Of a DNA stretch of 64,000 bases, positions 38,067 to 48,402 are shown one piece after another (the first letter of the stretch is position 1; the number at the start of each line of letters is the position of its first letter). The position numbers were made by a program, and so were the translations under genes. The notes under the pieces are model-generated. The model was not told the DNA's origin, ran no database searches, and saw nothing but the letters and a program-made list of their open reading frames with translations. Origin of the DNA: Burkholderiaceae bacterium (GTDB taxonomy: Bacteria > Pseudomonadota > Gammaproteobacteria > Burkholderiales > Burkholderiaceae_C); NCBI GenBank assembly GCA_031253955.1, contig JAIRVJ010000126.1:20342-84341 (forward strand), read 5' to 3'.

Positions 38067-39453
38067 AACGCCTTCTGCGCCAAAGCAAACCTGCCAGTCG
38101 CGCACGGCAGCCGCGTTGCGCGAGGCGGCGCGCGCCGGCGTGCGGGGCGGTTTCGTGCGTTTGCGCGAGGAGGCCGCCTTGACGCAAGCGCGTGCGGTGG
38201 ACCAGCAACGCGCCGCTGGCTTGCCTGCGGGCCGCTTGCAAGGCGCGCCGCTGGCGCACAAGGACATGTTTTTTCGCACCGGTGAACTCAGCGAATGCGG
38301 CAGTCGCATCCTCGCGGGCCATCGTGCGTCGCATACGGCGACGGTGCTGCAACGTCTGGACGCGGCCGGCGCCATTGATCTCGGTGCGCTGCATATGGCT
38401 GAATTCGCCATGAGTCCCACGGGCTTGAACGCGCATCTCGGCCACGGACGCAATGCGTGGTCCGAAGCGCATGTGAGCGGCGGTTCGTCCAGCGGCAGCG
38501 GCATCGCGGTGGCGCTCGGGCTTGTTGCGGGTGCGCTGGGTTCCGATACGGGTGGCTCGGTGCGCCTTCCCGCCGCGGCCAACGGCGTCACGGGGATCAA
38601 GCCCACGCAGCATGCCATTTCGACGCATGGCGTGATGCCGCTGTCGCCGAGTCTGGATTGCGTCGGCGTGCTTGCGCGCACCGCGCAGGATGCCGCCTCC
38701 ATACTGCAAGCCTTATGGGGCGCCGATCCTGCCGATCCGCGCTGCCTTGCATCCGGCCCGCGCGATTTCGAGCGCGCGATCGAACCGCCGTTGACGCGCG
38801 GCGACATCCTTGCCGTGCCCGATCTCAACGGCGATGCGCCGGCATCAAGTGAAGTGCGCGCGGCGGTGCGGCGCGCGGCCCAGTCGCTGGCCGATTGCGG
38901 CGCGACGATTTGCAAGGTGGAAACGCCCGATCTGCGCGAAACGGGCGCGTTGGCCACGCTGATGCTCGGCGCGGAAGCCGCCTCGATCCACGCGAAATGG
39001 CTGCGCGAGCGCCGCGGCGACTATGGCGGGCAGGTGCTGCGCCGTCTGGAGCGCGGCCTGCTGTATCCGGCCACGCGCTACGTCGATGCGCTGCGCTTGC
39101 GCTCGCGCTGCATGACGCGGTTTGTCGAACGCTACCTTGGCAATGCCCAGGCCTTGCTGCTGCCGGCGCTGCCCTGCGCGGTCCCGACGATTGAGGAAAC
39201 GCTCGCGGGCGATGCTAGCGAAATCGAGCGGCGCCTGGGCAACTTCTCGTACTGGACGCGCGGCATCAACTATCTCGGCTTGCCGGCCATCAGCATCCCC
39301 GCAGGCAAGAGTGGCAACGGCATGCCGGCAGGCGTGCAACTGATCGGGCGCGCGTGGGGCGAAGGCGCGCTGCTGCGCCTGGCCCACCAGTTGCAGCGGG
39401 GTACCGACTGGCATCTGCCGTCGCTACTTTCAAATCACCCTGCCGCCGCCTGA
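38056..39453 (+). CDS. Amidase-signature family enzyme
   Basis: PLAHKD, GGSSSGSG, GSDTGGSVRLPA, GIKPT. Confidence 0.9.
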   Translation: MRAETPSAPKQTCQSRTAAALREAARAGVRGGFVRLREEAALTQARAVDQQRAAGLPAGRLQGAPLAHKDMFFRTGELSECGSRILAGHRASHTATVLQRLDAAGAIDLGALHMAEFAMSPTGLNAHLGHGRNAWSEAHVSGGSSSGSGIAVALGLVAGALGSDTGGSVRLPAAANGVTGIKPTQHAISTHGVMPLSPSLDCVGVLARTAQDAASILQALWGADPADPRCLASGPRDFERAIEPPLTRGDILAVPDLNGDAPASSEVRAAVRRAAQSLADCGATICKVETPDLRETGALATLMLGAEAASIHAKWLRERRGDYGGQVLRRLERGLLYPATRYVDALRLRSRCMTRFVERYLGNAQALLLPALPCAVPTIEETLAGDASEIERRLGNFSYWTRGINYLGLPAISIPAGKSGNGMPAGVQLIGRAWGEGALLRLAHQLQRGTDWHLPSLLSNHPAAA

Positions 39454-39492
39454 AGCGTGGCAACGGTTTTTCAATACTCAGGAGACAACCCC

Positions 39493-40881
39493 ATGAATGC
39501 TTCATCCGTCAACGCTGGCGCCCGGCTGGATCGACTGCCGCTGGCGCGCTTTCACTGGAAGATTCTCGGTCTGATCGGCGGCGGCGCGCTGCTCGATGCC
39601 TTCGATGTCTACCTCGCGGCGGGCGTGGTCGCGGCAATGGTGAAAGAAGGCTTTGCGACGCTTGCGAGCGGTTCCGTGTTTATTTCGTCCACCTTCCTGG
39701 GCATGCTGATCGGTGCGGGGCTGGCCGGCTGGGTGGGAGATCGCTTTGGCCGCCGCTATTCGTATCAGGTCAATCTCGCCATCTTCGGCATCGCTTCGCT
39801 GCTGGCCTGCTTTGCGCCGAACATCGAAACACTGATCGGACTGCGCTTTCTCATGGGCCTGGGCCTGGGCGCCGAACTGGTGGTCGCCGCCGGCACGCTG
39901 GGCGAATTCGTACCGCCTGCATATCGGGGCCGGTGGGTTTCACTGTTGGGAATGATGATCAATTCGGGCCTTCTGGTCGCCACGCTTGTGGGCTACGTGG
40001 TGATCCCCTCCCTGGGCTGGCGCTGGATGTTCGCGATCGCCGGCGCGGGCGCGATGGTGATCTGGATCATGCGCAAGCGCATGCCGGAATCACCGCGCTG
40101 GCTGGAGTCGGTCGGACGCACCGCCGAAGCCGAGGCGGAGCTGGCCGATATCGAAGCGCAGGTCGAGCGCGAAACCGGCGAGTTGCCGCCGGTGTTTGGC
40201 GTACAAACCGCCGTGGCGCCACGCCGTTTGCCGCTTTCGGTGCTGTTCTCGCGTCCGATCATAGGCCGCACGCTGGTCGCGGCGCTGGTCGTGATAGCGG
40301 TCAACGTCTCGGTCTACGGCTTCGTGGCCTGGCTGCCAACCTTCTTCGTCAAGCAGGGGCTGACCATCGTGCAGTCGCTGGGTTTCGTCACGCTGATGTC
40401 GTTCGGCTCCACTGCCGGCGCGGTGGTCGGTTTTCTGCTGGGTGATCGTGTCGGGCGGCGGCACGGGTTGATTGCGTTTTCCGCCGCGACGATCATTTTG
40501 GGCTTCATCTACCCGCACATGCGCGATCCCGTCGCAATCGCGGCAGTCGGTTTTGCGCTGGTGACATCCATCTACGTCTTTGTGACACTGGGTTTGTACG
40601 CCTACGTTCCCGAACTGTTCCCGACGGCATTCCGCCTGCGCGGGACGGGCTTTGCGGGCATGTGTGGCCGCGCCGCGTCGATCGGCACGCCCTATGCGGC
40701 GGTGGCGCTGTTCCAGAACTTTGGCGTCACCGGCGTGCTCATGATGGTTAGCAGCATCCTCATGCTGCTGATCATTGCGCTGCTGGCACTGCGCGTCGAA
40801 ACCAGGGGGCGATCGCTTGAAGAAATTGGCACTGCGGTCGAAGAACACGTTGCAAGCGTGGCGGCAATGCAAAAGAGCTAA
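39493..40881 (+). CDS. MFS transporter (aromatic acid/sugar porter-like)
   Basis: RLDRLP, DAFD, GDRFGRR, PESPRWL, ELFPTAFRLRG. Confidence 0.88.
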   Translation: MNASSVNAGARLDRLPLARFHWKILGLIGGGALLDAFDVYLAAGVVAAMVKEGFATLASGSVFISSTFLGMLIGAGLAGWVGDRFGRRYSYQVNLAIFGIASLLACFAPNIETLIGLRFLMGLGLGAELVVAAGTLGEFVPPAYRGRWVSLLGMMINSGLLVATLVGYVVIPSLGWRWMFAIAGAGAMVIWIMRKRMPESPRWLESVGRTAEAEAELADIEAQVERETGELPPVFGVQTAVAPRRLPLSVLFSRPIIGRTLVAALVVIAVNVSVYGFVAWLPTFFVKQGLTIVQSLGFVTLMSFGSTAGAVVGFLLGDRVGRRHGLIAFSAATIILGFIYPHMRDPVAIAAVGFALVTSIYVFVTLGLYAYVPELFPTAFRLRGTGFAGMCGRAASIGTPYAAVALFQNFGVTGVLMMVSSILMLLIIALLALRVETRGRSLEEIGTAVEEHVASVAAMQKS

Positions 40882-40931
40882 TTTCACCCAGTTGGCGCCG
40901 CGCCGGCGCCAGCGCAGATACAGGAAACGAC

Positions 40932-42380
40932 ATGAACACTCAGGCTTTACACCAGGACGGTCCGAAGGCAAACGCGGCGGCAGCCGGCATTGCGGGAACG
41001 CTTGCGCAATTCGCGCTCGAGTTGAAGCTCCAGGCCGTGCCCGCCCAAGTGCGCGAGCGAGCCAAACATCTGCTGCTCGACGCGATCGGCATCGGGTATG
41101 CAGCGCACGGCAGCGATTTCGCGCGCGCCACGCTGGAGGGCCTGTCGGTGCTCGGCAAGGGAGACGCCACCGTGATCGGTTACGGCCGCGTGCTGGCCGC
41201 GCGCGATGCGATGGTGATGAACGGCGTGCTCGCGCACGGCCTGGATTTCGACGACACCCATTCGCGCGGCGTGATTCATGCCACGGCAAGCCTGCTGCCC
41301 TGCGTATTCGGCGTGACCGATGGGCGGCCCCTGGACGGGGCGCAGACCCTGGCCGCTTATATCGCCGGGATGGAAGCCGCCACACGTCTAGGTTCGGTGG
41401 CACAAGGCGGTTTTCACCAGGTCGGTTTTCACCCGACCGGCATGGTCGGCATTTTCGGTTGCACATTGGCCGCCGCACGTTTGCTCGGTTTGACCAGACG
41501 CCAGGCGGAAATGGCTCAGGGCATCGCGCTTTCGATGGCCAGCGGCAGCCTCGAATTCCTGCAAGACGGCGCGTGGAACAAGCGCATGCATCCGGGCTGG
41601 GCGGCGCAAGCGGCCTACACGGCGGCGGCGCTCGCCTTGGGCGGCTTCATCGGCGCTTCGGCGCCTTACGAAGGGCGCTTCGGCCTTTTCTCCAGCTATC
41701 TGGGCGAGCAGCGCGGCAACGCCGATCTGTCGCTGGCAACGACGGGGCTGGGCGAAAAATGGGAGATCGAAGAAGTCGCCATCAAGCCCGTGCCGGCCTG
41801 CCATTTCACGCACGCAGTCGCCGACGCGGGCGCGGCGCTGCATCGCCAGTGGCAGCAGCGCGGCTATAAACTGACCGAGTTGCCCGACCGGATCCAGCGC
41901 ATTCGCGCGAAGGTGCCCGAGGGCGTCGTGAAAACGGTTTGCGAGCCGATGGCCAACAAGCGCCGCCCGGCCAACGCTTACGACGCGCAGTTCAGCGTGC
42001 CGTATGTCACGGCGAGCGCGCTGGTCAAGGGGCGCTTTACGCTCGAAGAGCTGGAACCCGCCGCGCTGCGCGACGAGACGGTGCTGGCGCTGGCGGCCAA
42101 GGTCGATTATGAAATCGACCCCAACAGCACGTTCCCGCGCCACTACACCGGCGAGGTCTGTCTGGAACTGACCAACGGCGAAACTTTGTCACACCGCGAA
42201 GCGATCAATCGCGGCAGCGCCGATAGGCCGCTTGGCAACGGCGAGATCGTCGAAAAGTATCGCGCCAACGCGCGCCGCGCGTTGCCGCAGGCGCGCGTCG
42301 AGAAGATCCGCGAAACCGTGCTCGCCCTCGACCAACTGCCGGCGGGCGCCTGGCATACGGTGCTGGGCGAGGTTGTCTGA
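40932..42380 (+). CDS. MmgE/PrpD family protein
   Basis: LLDAIG, HGLDFDDTH, GFHPT, KRMHPG, IKPVPACHFTH. Confidence 0.9.
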   Translation: MNTQALHQDGPKANAAAAGIAGTLAQFALELKLQAVPAQVRERAKHLLLDAIGIGYAAHGSDFARATLEGLSVLGKGDATVIGYGRVLAARDAMVMNGVLAHGLDFDDTHSRGVIHATASLLPCVFGVTDGRPLDGAQTLAAYIAGMEAATRLGSVAQGGFHQVGFHPTGMVGIFGCTLAAARLLGLTRRQAEMAQGIALSMASGSLEFLQDGAWNKRMHPGWAAQAAYTAAALALGGFIGASAPYEGRFGLFSSYLGEQRGNADLSLATTGLGEKWEIEEVAIKPVPACHFTHAVADAGAALHRQWQQRGYKLTELPDRIQRIRAKVPEGVVKTVCEPMANKRRPANAYDAQFSVPYVTASALVKGRFTLEELEPAALRDETVLALAAKVDYEIDPNSTFPRHYTGEVCLELTNGETLSHREAINRGSADRPLGNGEIVEKYRANARRALPQARVEKIRETVLALDQLPAGAWHTVLGEVV

Positions 42381-42425
42381 AACGACGGGTAGCAATCCAT
42401 TCAATTGGCAATCTGGAGCAATCTG

Positions 42426-43598
42426 ATGTCTCAAATCACTGACAACACGGCAGAGCAGGTCGAAAACGACATGCTGATGCTCGACATGCTGGACCGGTTC
42501 CTCAAAACCGAAGTCAAGCCCTACGTGCACGCGCTGGAAAAAGCCGACGAATACCCTTCCGAGATTGTCGAAAAAATGAAGGAAATGGGTTTGTTCGGAT
42601 GTCTGATCGACACGGAATACGGCGGCCTCGGGCTTTCGGCACGCACCTATGCGCGCATCGTGGAGCGCATGGCGGCGGTCTGGATGTCGCTCAGCGGCAT
42701 CGTCAACTCGCATCTGATCATGGCGATGACTGTGCAGCGCAACGGCACGGCGGCACAGAAAGCGCATTTCCTGCCGCGCTTTGCCACGGGCGAGCTGCGC
42801 GGCGGCATCGGCCTGACCGAACCCGATTGCGGCACCGACTTGCAGGCCATCCGCACAGTGGCCAGGCGCGAGAACGGCCATTACGTGGTCAACGGAACCA
42901 AGATGTGGATCACCAACAGCCTTTACGGCAACTGCATCGCGCTGCTGGTGAAAACCGATCCGTCCGCGCAGCCGCGGCACAAGGGCATGAGCCTGCTGCT
43001 GGCGGAAAAGGGGCCGGGCTTCGAGGTCAGCCGCAAACTGGAAAAGCTCGGCTACAAGGGCATCGATACCTGCGAGCTTAGATTCGATAACTACCGCGTG
43101 CCGGGTGAGCGCCTGATCGGCGGCGTGGAAGGCCGCGGCCTGCAACAGATTCTGGGCGGGCTGGAACTGGGCCGCATCAACGTGGCCGCGCGCGGGCTGG
43201 GCATCGCGGTGGCGGCGCTTGATGCGTCCGTGGCCTACAGCCAGCTGCGCAAGACCTTCGGCAAGCCGATTTGCGAGCACCAGGCCATTCAGTTGAAGCT
43301 TGGCGAAATGGCCACGCGCGTCCACGCATCGCGCCTGCTCATCGACGCGGCGGCGCAAGCCTATGACCGGGGCGAACGCTGCGACATGGAAGCGGGCATG
43401 GCCAAATACTTCGCCACCGAAGCAGGCATGGAAAACAGCGCGGAAGCCATGCGCATCCACGGCGCTTACGGCTATTCGAAGGAGTTTGAAATCGAGCGGC
43501 TGTACCGCGACGCGCCGCTGCTGGTGATCGGCGAAGGCACCAACGAGTTGCAGCGCATGATCATCGCCAAACAGTTGATCGAGAGAAATCCGGCATGA
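42426..43598 (+). CDS. Acyl-CoA dehydrogenase
   Basis: GLTEPDCGTD, NGTKMWITN, GRINVAAR, HGAYGY, IGEGTNE. Confidence 0.92.
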   Translation: MSQITDNTAEQVENDMLMLDMLDRFLKTEVKPYVHALEKADEYPSEIVEKMKEMGLFGCLIDTEYGGLGLSARTYARIVERMAAVWMSLSGIVNSHLIMAMTVQRNGTAAQKAHFLPRFATGELRGGIGLTEPDCGTDLQAIRTVARRENGHYVVNGTKMWITNSLYGNCIALLVKTDPSAQPRHKGMSLLLAEKGPGFEVSRKLEKLGYKGIDTCELRFDNYRVPGERLIGGVEGRGLQQILGGLELGRINVAARGLGIAVAALDASVAYSQLRKTFGKPICEHQAIQLKLGEMATRVHASRLLIDAAAQAYDRGERCDMEAGMAKYFATEAGMENSAEAMRIHGAYGYSKEFEIERLYRDAPLLVIGEGTNELQRMIIAKQLIERNPA

Positions 43599-44809
43599 AC
43601 GCGCCCGAACCCAACGCCGCGCCGGGCGCGCCATTGCTGCTGGCGGGCTTGCGCGTCATCGCCGTGGAGCAATACGGCGCCGGCCCGTTCGGCACGCAGC
43701 ACCTGGCCGATTTGGGCGCGGAGGTCATCAAGGTCGAAAACCCGCACGACGGCGGCGACGTGGGCCGCAGCGTCGGCCCGTACTTCTTCGGTCCCGGCGA
43801 CAGCCACTTCCACCAATCCTTCAACCGCAACAAGAAAAGCATCACGCTGGACCTGAAAAAGCCCGAAGGCCGGGAGGCGCTGCGCCGGCTCGCGCGCGAA
43901 GCCGACGCGGTGTTCAACAACCTGCGCGGCGACCTGCCGGCCAAGCTGGGCCTGACCTACGAGCAGTTGAAAGACGCCAACCCGAAAATCGTGTGCTGCC
44001 ACCTCTCAGCCTATGGCCGCACCGGTTCGCGCGCCGCCTGGCCCGGCTACGACTACTTGATGCAGGCCGAGGCGGGCTACCTGTCCGTGACCGGCGAACC
44101 CGACGGGCCGCCAGCGCGCATGGGCCTGTCCATCGTCGATCTGATGACCGGCGCCACCGCCGCCATGGGCATGCTGGCCGGCGTGCTCAGCGCGCGCAGT
44201 TGCGGCGCCGGGCGCGACATCGACGTGAGCCTGTTCGACGTGGCGCTGCACAACCTGTGCTACGTGGGCGCCTGGTACCTCAACGCTGGCAAGACCACTG
44301 TCCGCGAAAAGCGCTCCTCGCACCCCTCGCTCACGCCCAGCCAGTTGTACAAGACCCGCGATGGCTGGATATTCATCATGTGCAACAAGGAAAAATTCTG
44401 GGGCGTGCTGTGCGAACACATCGGCAAACCCGAATGGGCCGAGGCGCCCGAATACCGCACCTTCAAGGACCGCCTGGCCCACCGCGACCGCCTGACTGAA
44501 GAACTCGACGCCGTGCTGCAAACACGCACCACCGAAGCATGGATGAAGCGCTTTGCCGGCAAAGTGCCCGCCGCGCCGGTATACGACGTGGCCCAAGCGC
44601 TGGACAACGGCTTCGTCGCCGAACAGAAGCTGGTGCGGGAATTCGACCACCCCTCCGGCCCGGTGCGCATGGTCGCTTCACCCGTGCGTGCCGGCCCCCA
44701 CCCGACGCGGCCAGCCCCGGCGATGGGCGAGCACACGGCGGAAGTCTTGCGACAGGCCGGATACACCGACACCCAGATCGGCAAGCTGCGCGACGCTGGC
44801 GTAATCTGA
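43595..44809 (+). CDS. CaiB/BaiF (family III) CoA-transferase
   Basis: AGPFGT..LADLGAEVIKVE, NRNKKSITLDL, PGYDYLMQAEAG. Confidence 0.92.
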   Translation: MNAPEPNAAPGAPLLLAGLRVIAVEQYGAGPFGTQHLADLGAEVIKVENPHDGGDVGRSVGPYFFGPGDSHFHQSFNRNKKSITLDLKKPEGREALRRLAREADAVFNNLRGDLPAKLGLTYEQLKDANPKIVCCHLSAYGRTGSRAAWPGYDYLMQAEAGYLSVTGEPDGPPARMGLSIVDLMTGATAAMGMLAGVLSARSCGAGRDIDVSLFDVALHNLCYVGAWYLNAGKTTVREKRSSHPSLTPSQLYKTRDGWIFIMCNKEKFWGVLCEHIGKPEWAEAPEYRTFKDRLAHRDRLTEELDAVLQTRTTEAWMKRFAGKVPAAPVYDVAQALDNGFVAEQKLVREFDHPSGPVRMVASPVRAGPHPTRPAPAMGEHTAEVLRQAGYTDTQIGKLRDAGVI

Positions 44810-44867
44810 GCGAAAGCAGACGTGCGCGCGGTTTGCCGCATCTCACGATTGCCGAAATGCAAAGTTG

Positions 44868-44947
44868 ATAGCTACATGCCAATATAAATTCTGTATTTCA
44901 GACTAAAAAATATCGAAAATACATATAAAACATTGGCAAACAGCTAT
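44868..44947. repeat. Family F AT-rich element
   Basis: ATAGCTACATGCCAAT ... ATTGGCAAACAGCTAT. Confidence 0.8.
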
Positions 44948-45084
44948 TAGTTTAATAATCGCACAGAAGCACAGATGTCTCACCCGCAAAGGTAGCGCGT
45001 GGGCGAGTGGCGGGCCAGACGCCCGCGCTGGCGGCTATCAAAATAGCAGTGTTCTTTTTCAGCCGATCAAGCAAAATTCCGCCC

Positions 45085-45882
45085 ATGCCAGCAAAAAACC
45101 CGGCTTCTATTTCCCGCGCCCGCCCGCTGGCGCTTGTTGCTGGGCAGCCGCGCTACCTTCAGCTTGCGCAGACCCTGCTCAACGAGATCGAGGCGGGCAA
45201 GCATCCGGTCGGCTCGCAGTTGCCCACCGAGCTTGCATTGTGCGAGCAGTTCGGCGTCAGCCGCGCGACGGCGCGCGAGGCCGTCAAACGGCTGGTGCAA
45301 ATGGGGCTGGTGGTGCGCCAGCCGCGCGTGGGCAGCACGGTGCGGGCGCAGACGGCGAGCACCGTTTATCGCCAGAACATGGCCGACGTGGACGATCTGT
45401 ACCAGTACGCGCAAGACACAACGCTGGTGATTGAGTCCAGCCAAACACGCGAGATCGACGCCGCCCAGGCCGCGCTGCTGGAAGCCGCGCCCGGCGAGAC
45501 CTGGCTGCACATGAAGGGCCGCCGTCACACTAGGGCAACACCCGACCCGATCTGCCTGACCGAGCTGTGGCTGCATCCGGCCTTCCGCTCTATTCAGGGC
45601 ATCGCCGGCCCGCTTGGGCAGGCCGTGCACTCGGCCGTTGAGCAGCAGTTCGGCGAGGTCATCGCCAAGGTGGAGCAGGAAATCCGCGCCGTGGCGCTGG
45701 GCCGCGCCCAGGCGCGGCTGCTCGGCGTCGCGCCCCGCAGCCCGGCGCTGTGGGTCTGCCGCAAGTACCGCAACCGCCTGGACCAGCTTGTGGAGCTGGC
45801 CATGAGCACGCACCCCGCCGGCCGCTTCAGCTACAGCACCGTGCTGCGGCGCGAATGGGGCGCGCAGGAGCTTGCGCGATGA
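45085..45882 (+). CDS. GntR-family regulator (HutC/UTRA type)
   Basis: RYLQLA..L...I...G..LPTE..L..QFGVSR.T.REA; UTRA-like C-terminus. Confidence 0.9.
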   Translation: MPAKNPASISRARPLALVAGQPRYLQLAQTLLNEIEAGKHPVGSQLPTELALCEQFGVSRATAREAVKRLVQMGLVVRQPRVGSTVRAQTASTVYRQNMADVDDLYQYAQDTTLVIESSQTREIDAAQAALLEAAPGETWLHMKGRRHTRATPDPICLTELWLHPAFRSIQGIAGPLGQAVHSAVEQQFGEVIAKVEQEIRAVALGRAQARLLGVAPRSPALWVCRKYRNRLDQLVELAMSTHPAGRFSYSTVLRREWGAQELAR

Positions 45883-47060
45883 CCGGCGGCCCCTGGCGGC
45901 CTCTGGCCATCACCCTGGCCATTCAGGCGCTGGTTTCGATGGCGCTGATTACCGTGCCGGTAATGGCGCCAGTGCTGGCCCAGGCGATGGGCGTGTCCGT
46001 GGCGTGGCTGGGTATTTACGTGGGCGTGGTTTATGCGTCGGCGATGTGCGCGAGCCTCATGGCTGGGGCCGCCGTCGCGCGCCATGGCGCGATCCGCGTG
46101 AGCCAGGCGGGGCTGCTGCTGTGCGCCGCCGGGCTGGCCTGCTCGGCGCTCGGCTGGCCCGCGGCGATGATGGCCGGGGCCGTGCTGATCGGCCTGGGCT
46201 ACGGCCCTGTAACGCCCGCCAGCTCGCACCTGCTGGCGCGCACCACGCGGGCCGATCGCATGTCGCTGGTGTTTTCCATCAAGCAGACCGGCGTTCCGCT
46301 GGGCGGCGTGCTCGCGGGCGCGCTGGTGCCGGCGTTGCTGGCGCTGGGTTGGCGCGGCGCGCTGCTCGCGGTAGCGGCAGCCAACGTCGCCTGTGCCCTG
46401 GCGGCGCAGCCGTTGCGTGCGCCGCTGGATGCCGACCGCGAGCCGGGCCGCCCACTGGCGCTGGGCAGTCTGGCCCAGCCGATCCGCATCGTGCTCGCCA
46501 ACCCGGCGCTGCGGCTGCTGGCCGGCTGCTCTTTCCTGTTTTCGATTGCCCAACTCTCGCTCACCACCTACCTGGTCACCTACTTGCACGACGCGCTGGC
46601 CTACAGCCTCGTGGCGGCGGGCTTGGCAATGTCAGTGACGCAAACAGGCGGCGTTCTGGGCCGCATGGTGTGGGGCTATGTAGCCGACCGCTGGCTGGGC
46701 GCGCGCCGTATGCTGGCGGCGCTGGCGGGGCTGGTGAGCGTGTCGGCCCTGCTCACCGCTGGTCTGCATGGCGGCCTCCCGATCCTGCCGGTGCTGGCCC
46801 TGCTGGCTTTGTTCGGCGCCTCGGCCATCGGCTGGAACGGCGTGTACCTGGCCGAAGTCGCGCGCCAGGCGCCTGCCGGCCAAGCCAGCGTGGCCACCGG
46901 CGGCACGCTGGCGATTACCTTTTTGGGCGTGGTCATCGGCCCGCCCGCCTTCGGCGCTTTCTCCGGGGCCACCGGCAGCTATCACGGCGGATTTATGGCC
47001 GTGGCGCTGATCCTCCTCGTGTGTATCTTCCCTTTGTTGCGACAGCGGAGCACCCCATGA
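45879..47060 (+). CDS. MFS transporter
   Basis: About 12 TM segments; FSIKQTGVPLGG, IGWNGVYLAEVAR. Confidence 0.85.
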   Translation: MTGGPWRPLAITLAIQALVSMALITVPVMAPVLAQAMGVSVAWLGIYVGVVYASAMCASLMAGAAVARHGAIRVSQAGLLLCAAGLACSALGWPAAMMAGAVLIGLGYGPVTPASSHLLARTTRADRMSLVFSIKQTGVPLGGVLAGALVPALLALGWRGALLAVAAANVACALAAQPLRAPLDADREPGRPLALGSLAQPIRIVLANPALRLLAGCSFLFSIAQLSLTTYLVTYLHDALAYSLVAAGLAMSVTQTGGVLGRMVWGYVADRWLGARRMLAALAGLVSVSALLTAGLHGGLPILPVLALLALFGASAIGWNGVYLAEVARQAPAGQASVATGGTLAITFLGVVIGPPAFGAFSGATGSYHGGFMAVALILLVCIFPLLRQRSTP

Positions 47061-47866
47061 AACCCATTCCCCGCAGTTATCTGTTCGTGCCCGGTGACCG
47101 GCCCGAGCGGTTCGACAAGGCGCTGGCCGCTGGCGCGCACGCCGTCATCCTCGATCTGGAAGACGCGGTGCTGCCGGAGCGCAAAACCCAGGCCCGCGCC
47201 GCCATCGCGCAATGGCTGGCGGGCGCTCAAACTTCAGTGTTCTTGCGCATCAATCCCGCCGGCACGCCATGGCATCTGGAAGACTGCGCGCTGCTGGCCG
47301 CCGCATCCGTGCGCGGCGTGATGGCGCCCAAGGCGGAAGATGCGCCAACGCTACAAGCCATCGCCGCGCGCCTGCGCCAAGATCAGGAACTGATTCCCCT
47401 GGTCGAAACCGTAGCCGGCCATTTCGAGGCGCTGGCGCTGGCGCGCGTGCCGCGCGTGAGCCGGCTGGCCTTCGGTTCCGTTGATTTCATGACCGATTCC
47501 GGCATCGAGGGCGACGCGGCGGAATTGGACGCAGTACGCACCCATCTGGTGCTGGTCTCGCGCCAGGCCGGGCTGCAAGCGCCCATCGACGGGGTGTCGC
47601 TGGTCATCGACGATGCGCGGCAGGTGGAAGACGACGCCCGCCGCAGCCGACGCCTGGGGCTGGGCGCCAAGCTGTGCATCCATCCCCGGCAGGTGGCGCC
47701 AGTGCATGCCGCGTTCGCCCCGTCGCCGGCGGAAATTGCGTGGGCGCGGCGCGTGCTGGAGGCGCTCGCCAGCGGCCCGCTGGGCGCGATTGCCGTGGAC
47801 GGCAAACTGGTCGATAAACCCGTCGCCCTGCGCGCGCAAGGCATTCTGGAGCAGCTGGCTCAGTAA
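47057..47866 (+). CDS. CitE-like (HpcH/HpaI) acyl-CoA lyase
   Basis: RSYLFVPGDRPERF, ILDLEDAV, FGSVDF, KLCIHPRQV, GKLVDKP. Confidence 0.9.
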   Translation: MKPIPRSYLFVPGDRPERFDKALAAGAHAVILDLEDAVLPERKTQARAAIAQWLAGAQTSVFLRINPAGTPWHLEDCALLAAASVRGVMAPKAEDAPTLQAIAARLRQDQELIPLVETVAGHFEALALARVPRVSRLAFGSVDFMTDSGIEGDAAELDAVRTHLVLVSRQAGLQAPIDGVSLVIDDARQVEDDARRSRRLGLGAKLCIHPRQVAPVHAAFAPSPAEIAWARRVLEALASGPLGAIAVDGKLVDKPVALRAQGILEQLAQ

Positions 47867-48402
47867 TCAAACCGCGCCGCGCTTGCAAGCAGCCACTGGG
47901 CCAGTTGCTCGGCGGCTTCGGGGGCGAAAACGGGCAGTTGGGTGGGCTGGGGCAGCGCGGCGGGGTGGGCGGTGACGAGAGCGACCACGCGCGCATCGTG
48001 CGGGTACAGGCACCCGGGCGCGGAGGCGTTGTGCGCGGGCGATTCGGGCGGGGCGGCGCGCCAGACTTCGATTTTGGGCAGGCCGGCGTGTTTGTAGCCT
48101 TCCACCAGCACCCAATCGGCGCGGCGGTCCAGCTCGGCCAGCAGGGCGTCGATGCCGGGCGATTCGGGCGGATCCAGCTCGCGCATCAGCGCCAGCCGCT
48201 GCGCGGAGGCCACGAGCACCTCGAACGCGCCCGCGCGGCGGTGCCGCCAACTGTCTTTGCCCTGGTGGTCGATGTCAAAACCGTGGTGCGCGTGCTTGAC
48301 CACCGACGCGCGCTGCCCCTGCCGCCGCAGCGCGGGAATCAGCCGCTCGATCAGCGTAGTCTTGCCCGCGCCGGAATAGCCGGCGAAACCGATGACTTTC
48401 AT
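47860..48402 (-). CDS. mobB: Molybdopterin-guanine dinucleotide biosynthesis protein B
   Basis: GYSGAGKTTL, KHAHHGFDID, LVEGYK. Confidence 0.92.
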   Translation of the reverse strand: MKVIGFAGYSGAGKTTLIERLIPALRRQGQRASVVKHAHHGFDIDHQGKDSWRHRRAGAFEVLVASAQRLALMRELDPPESPGIDALLAELDRRADWVLVEGYKHAGLPKIEVWRAAPPESPAHNASAPGCLYPHDARVVALVTAHPAALPQPTQLPVFAPEAAEQLAQWLLASAARFDY

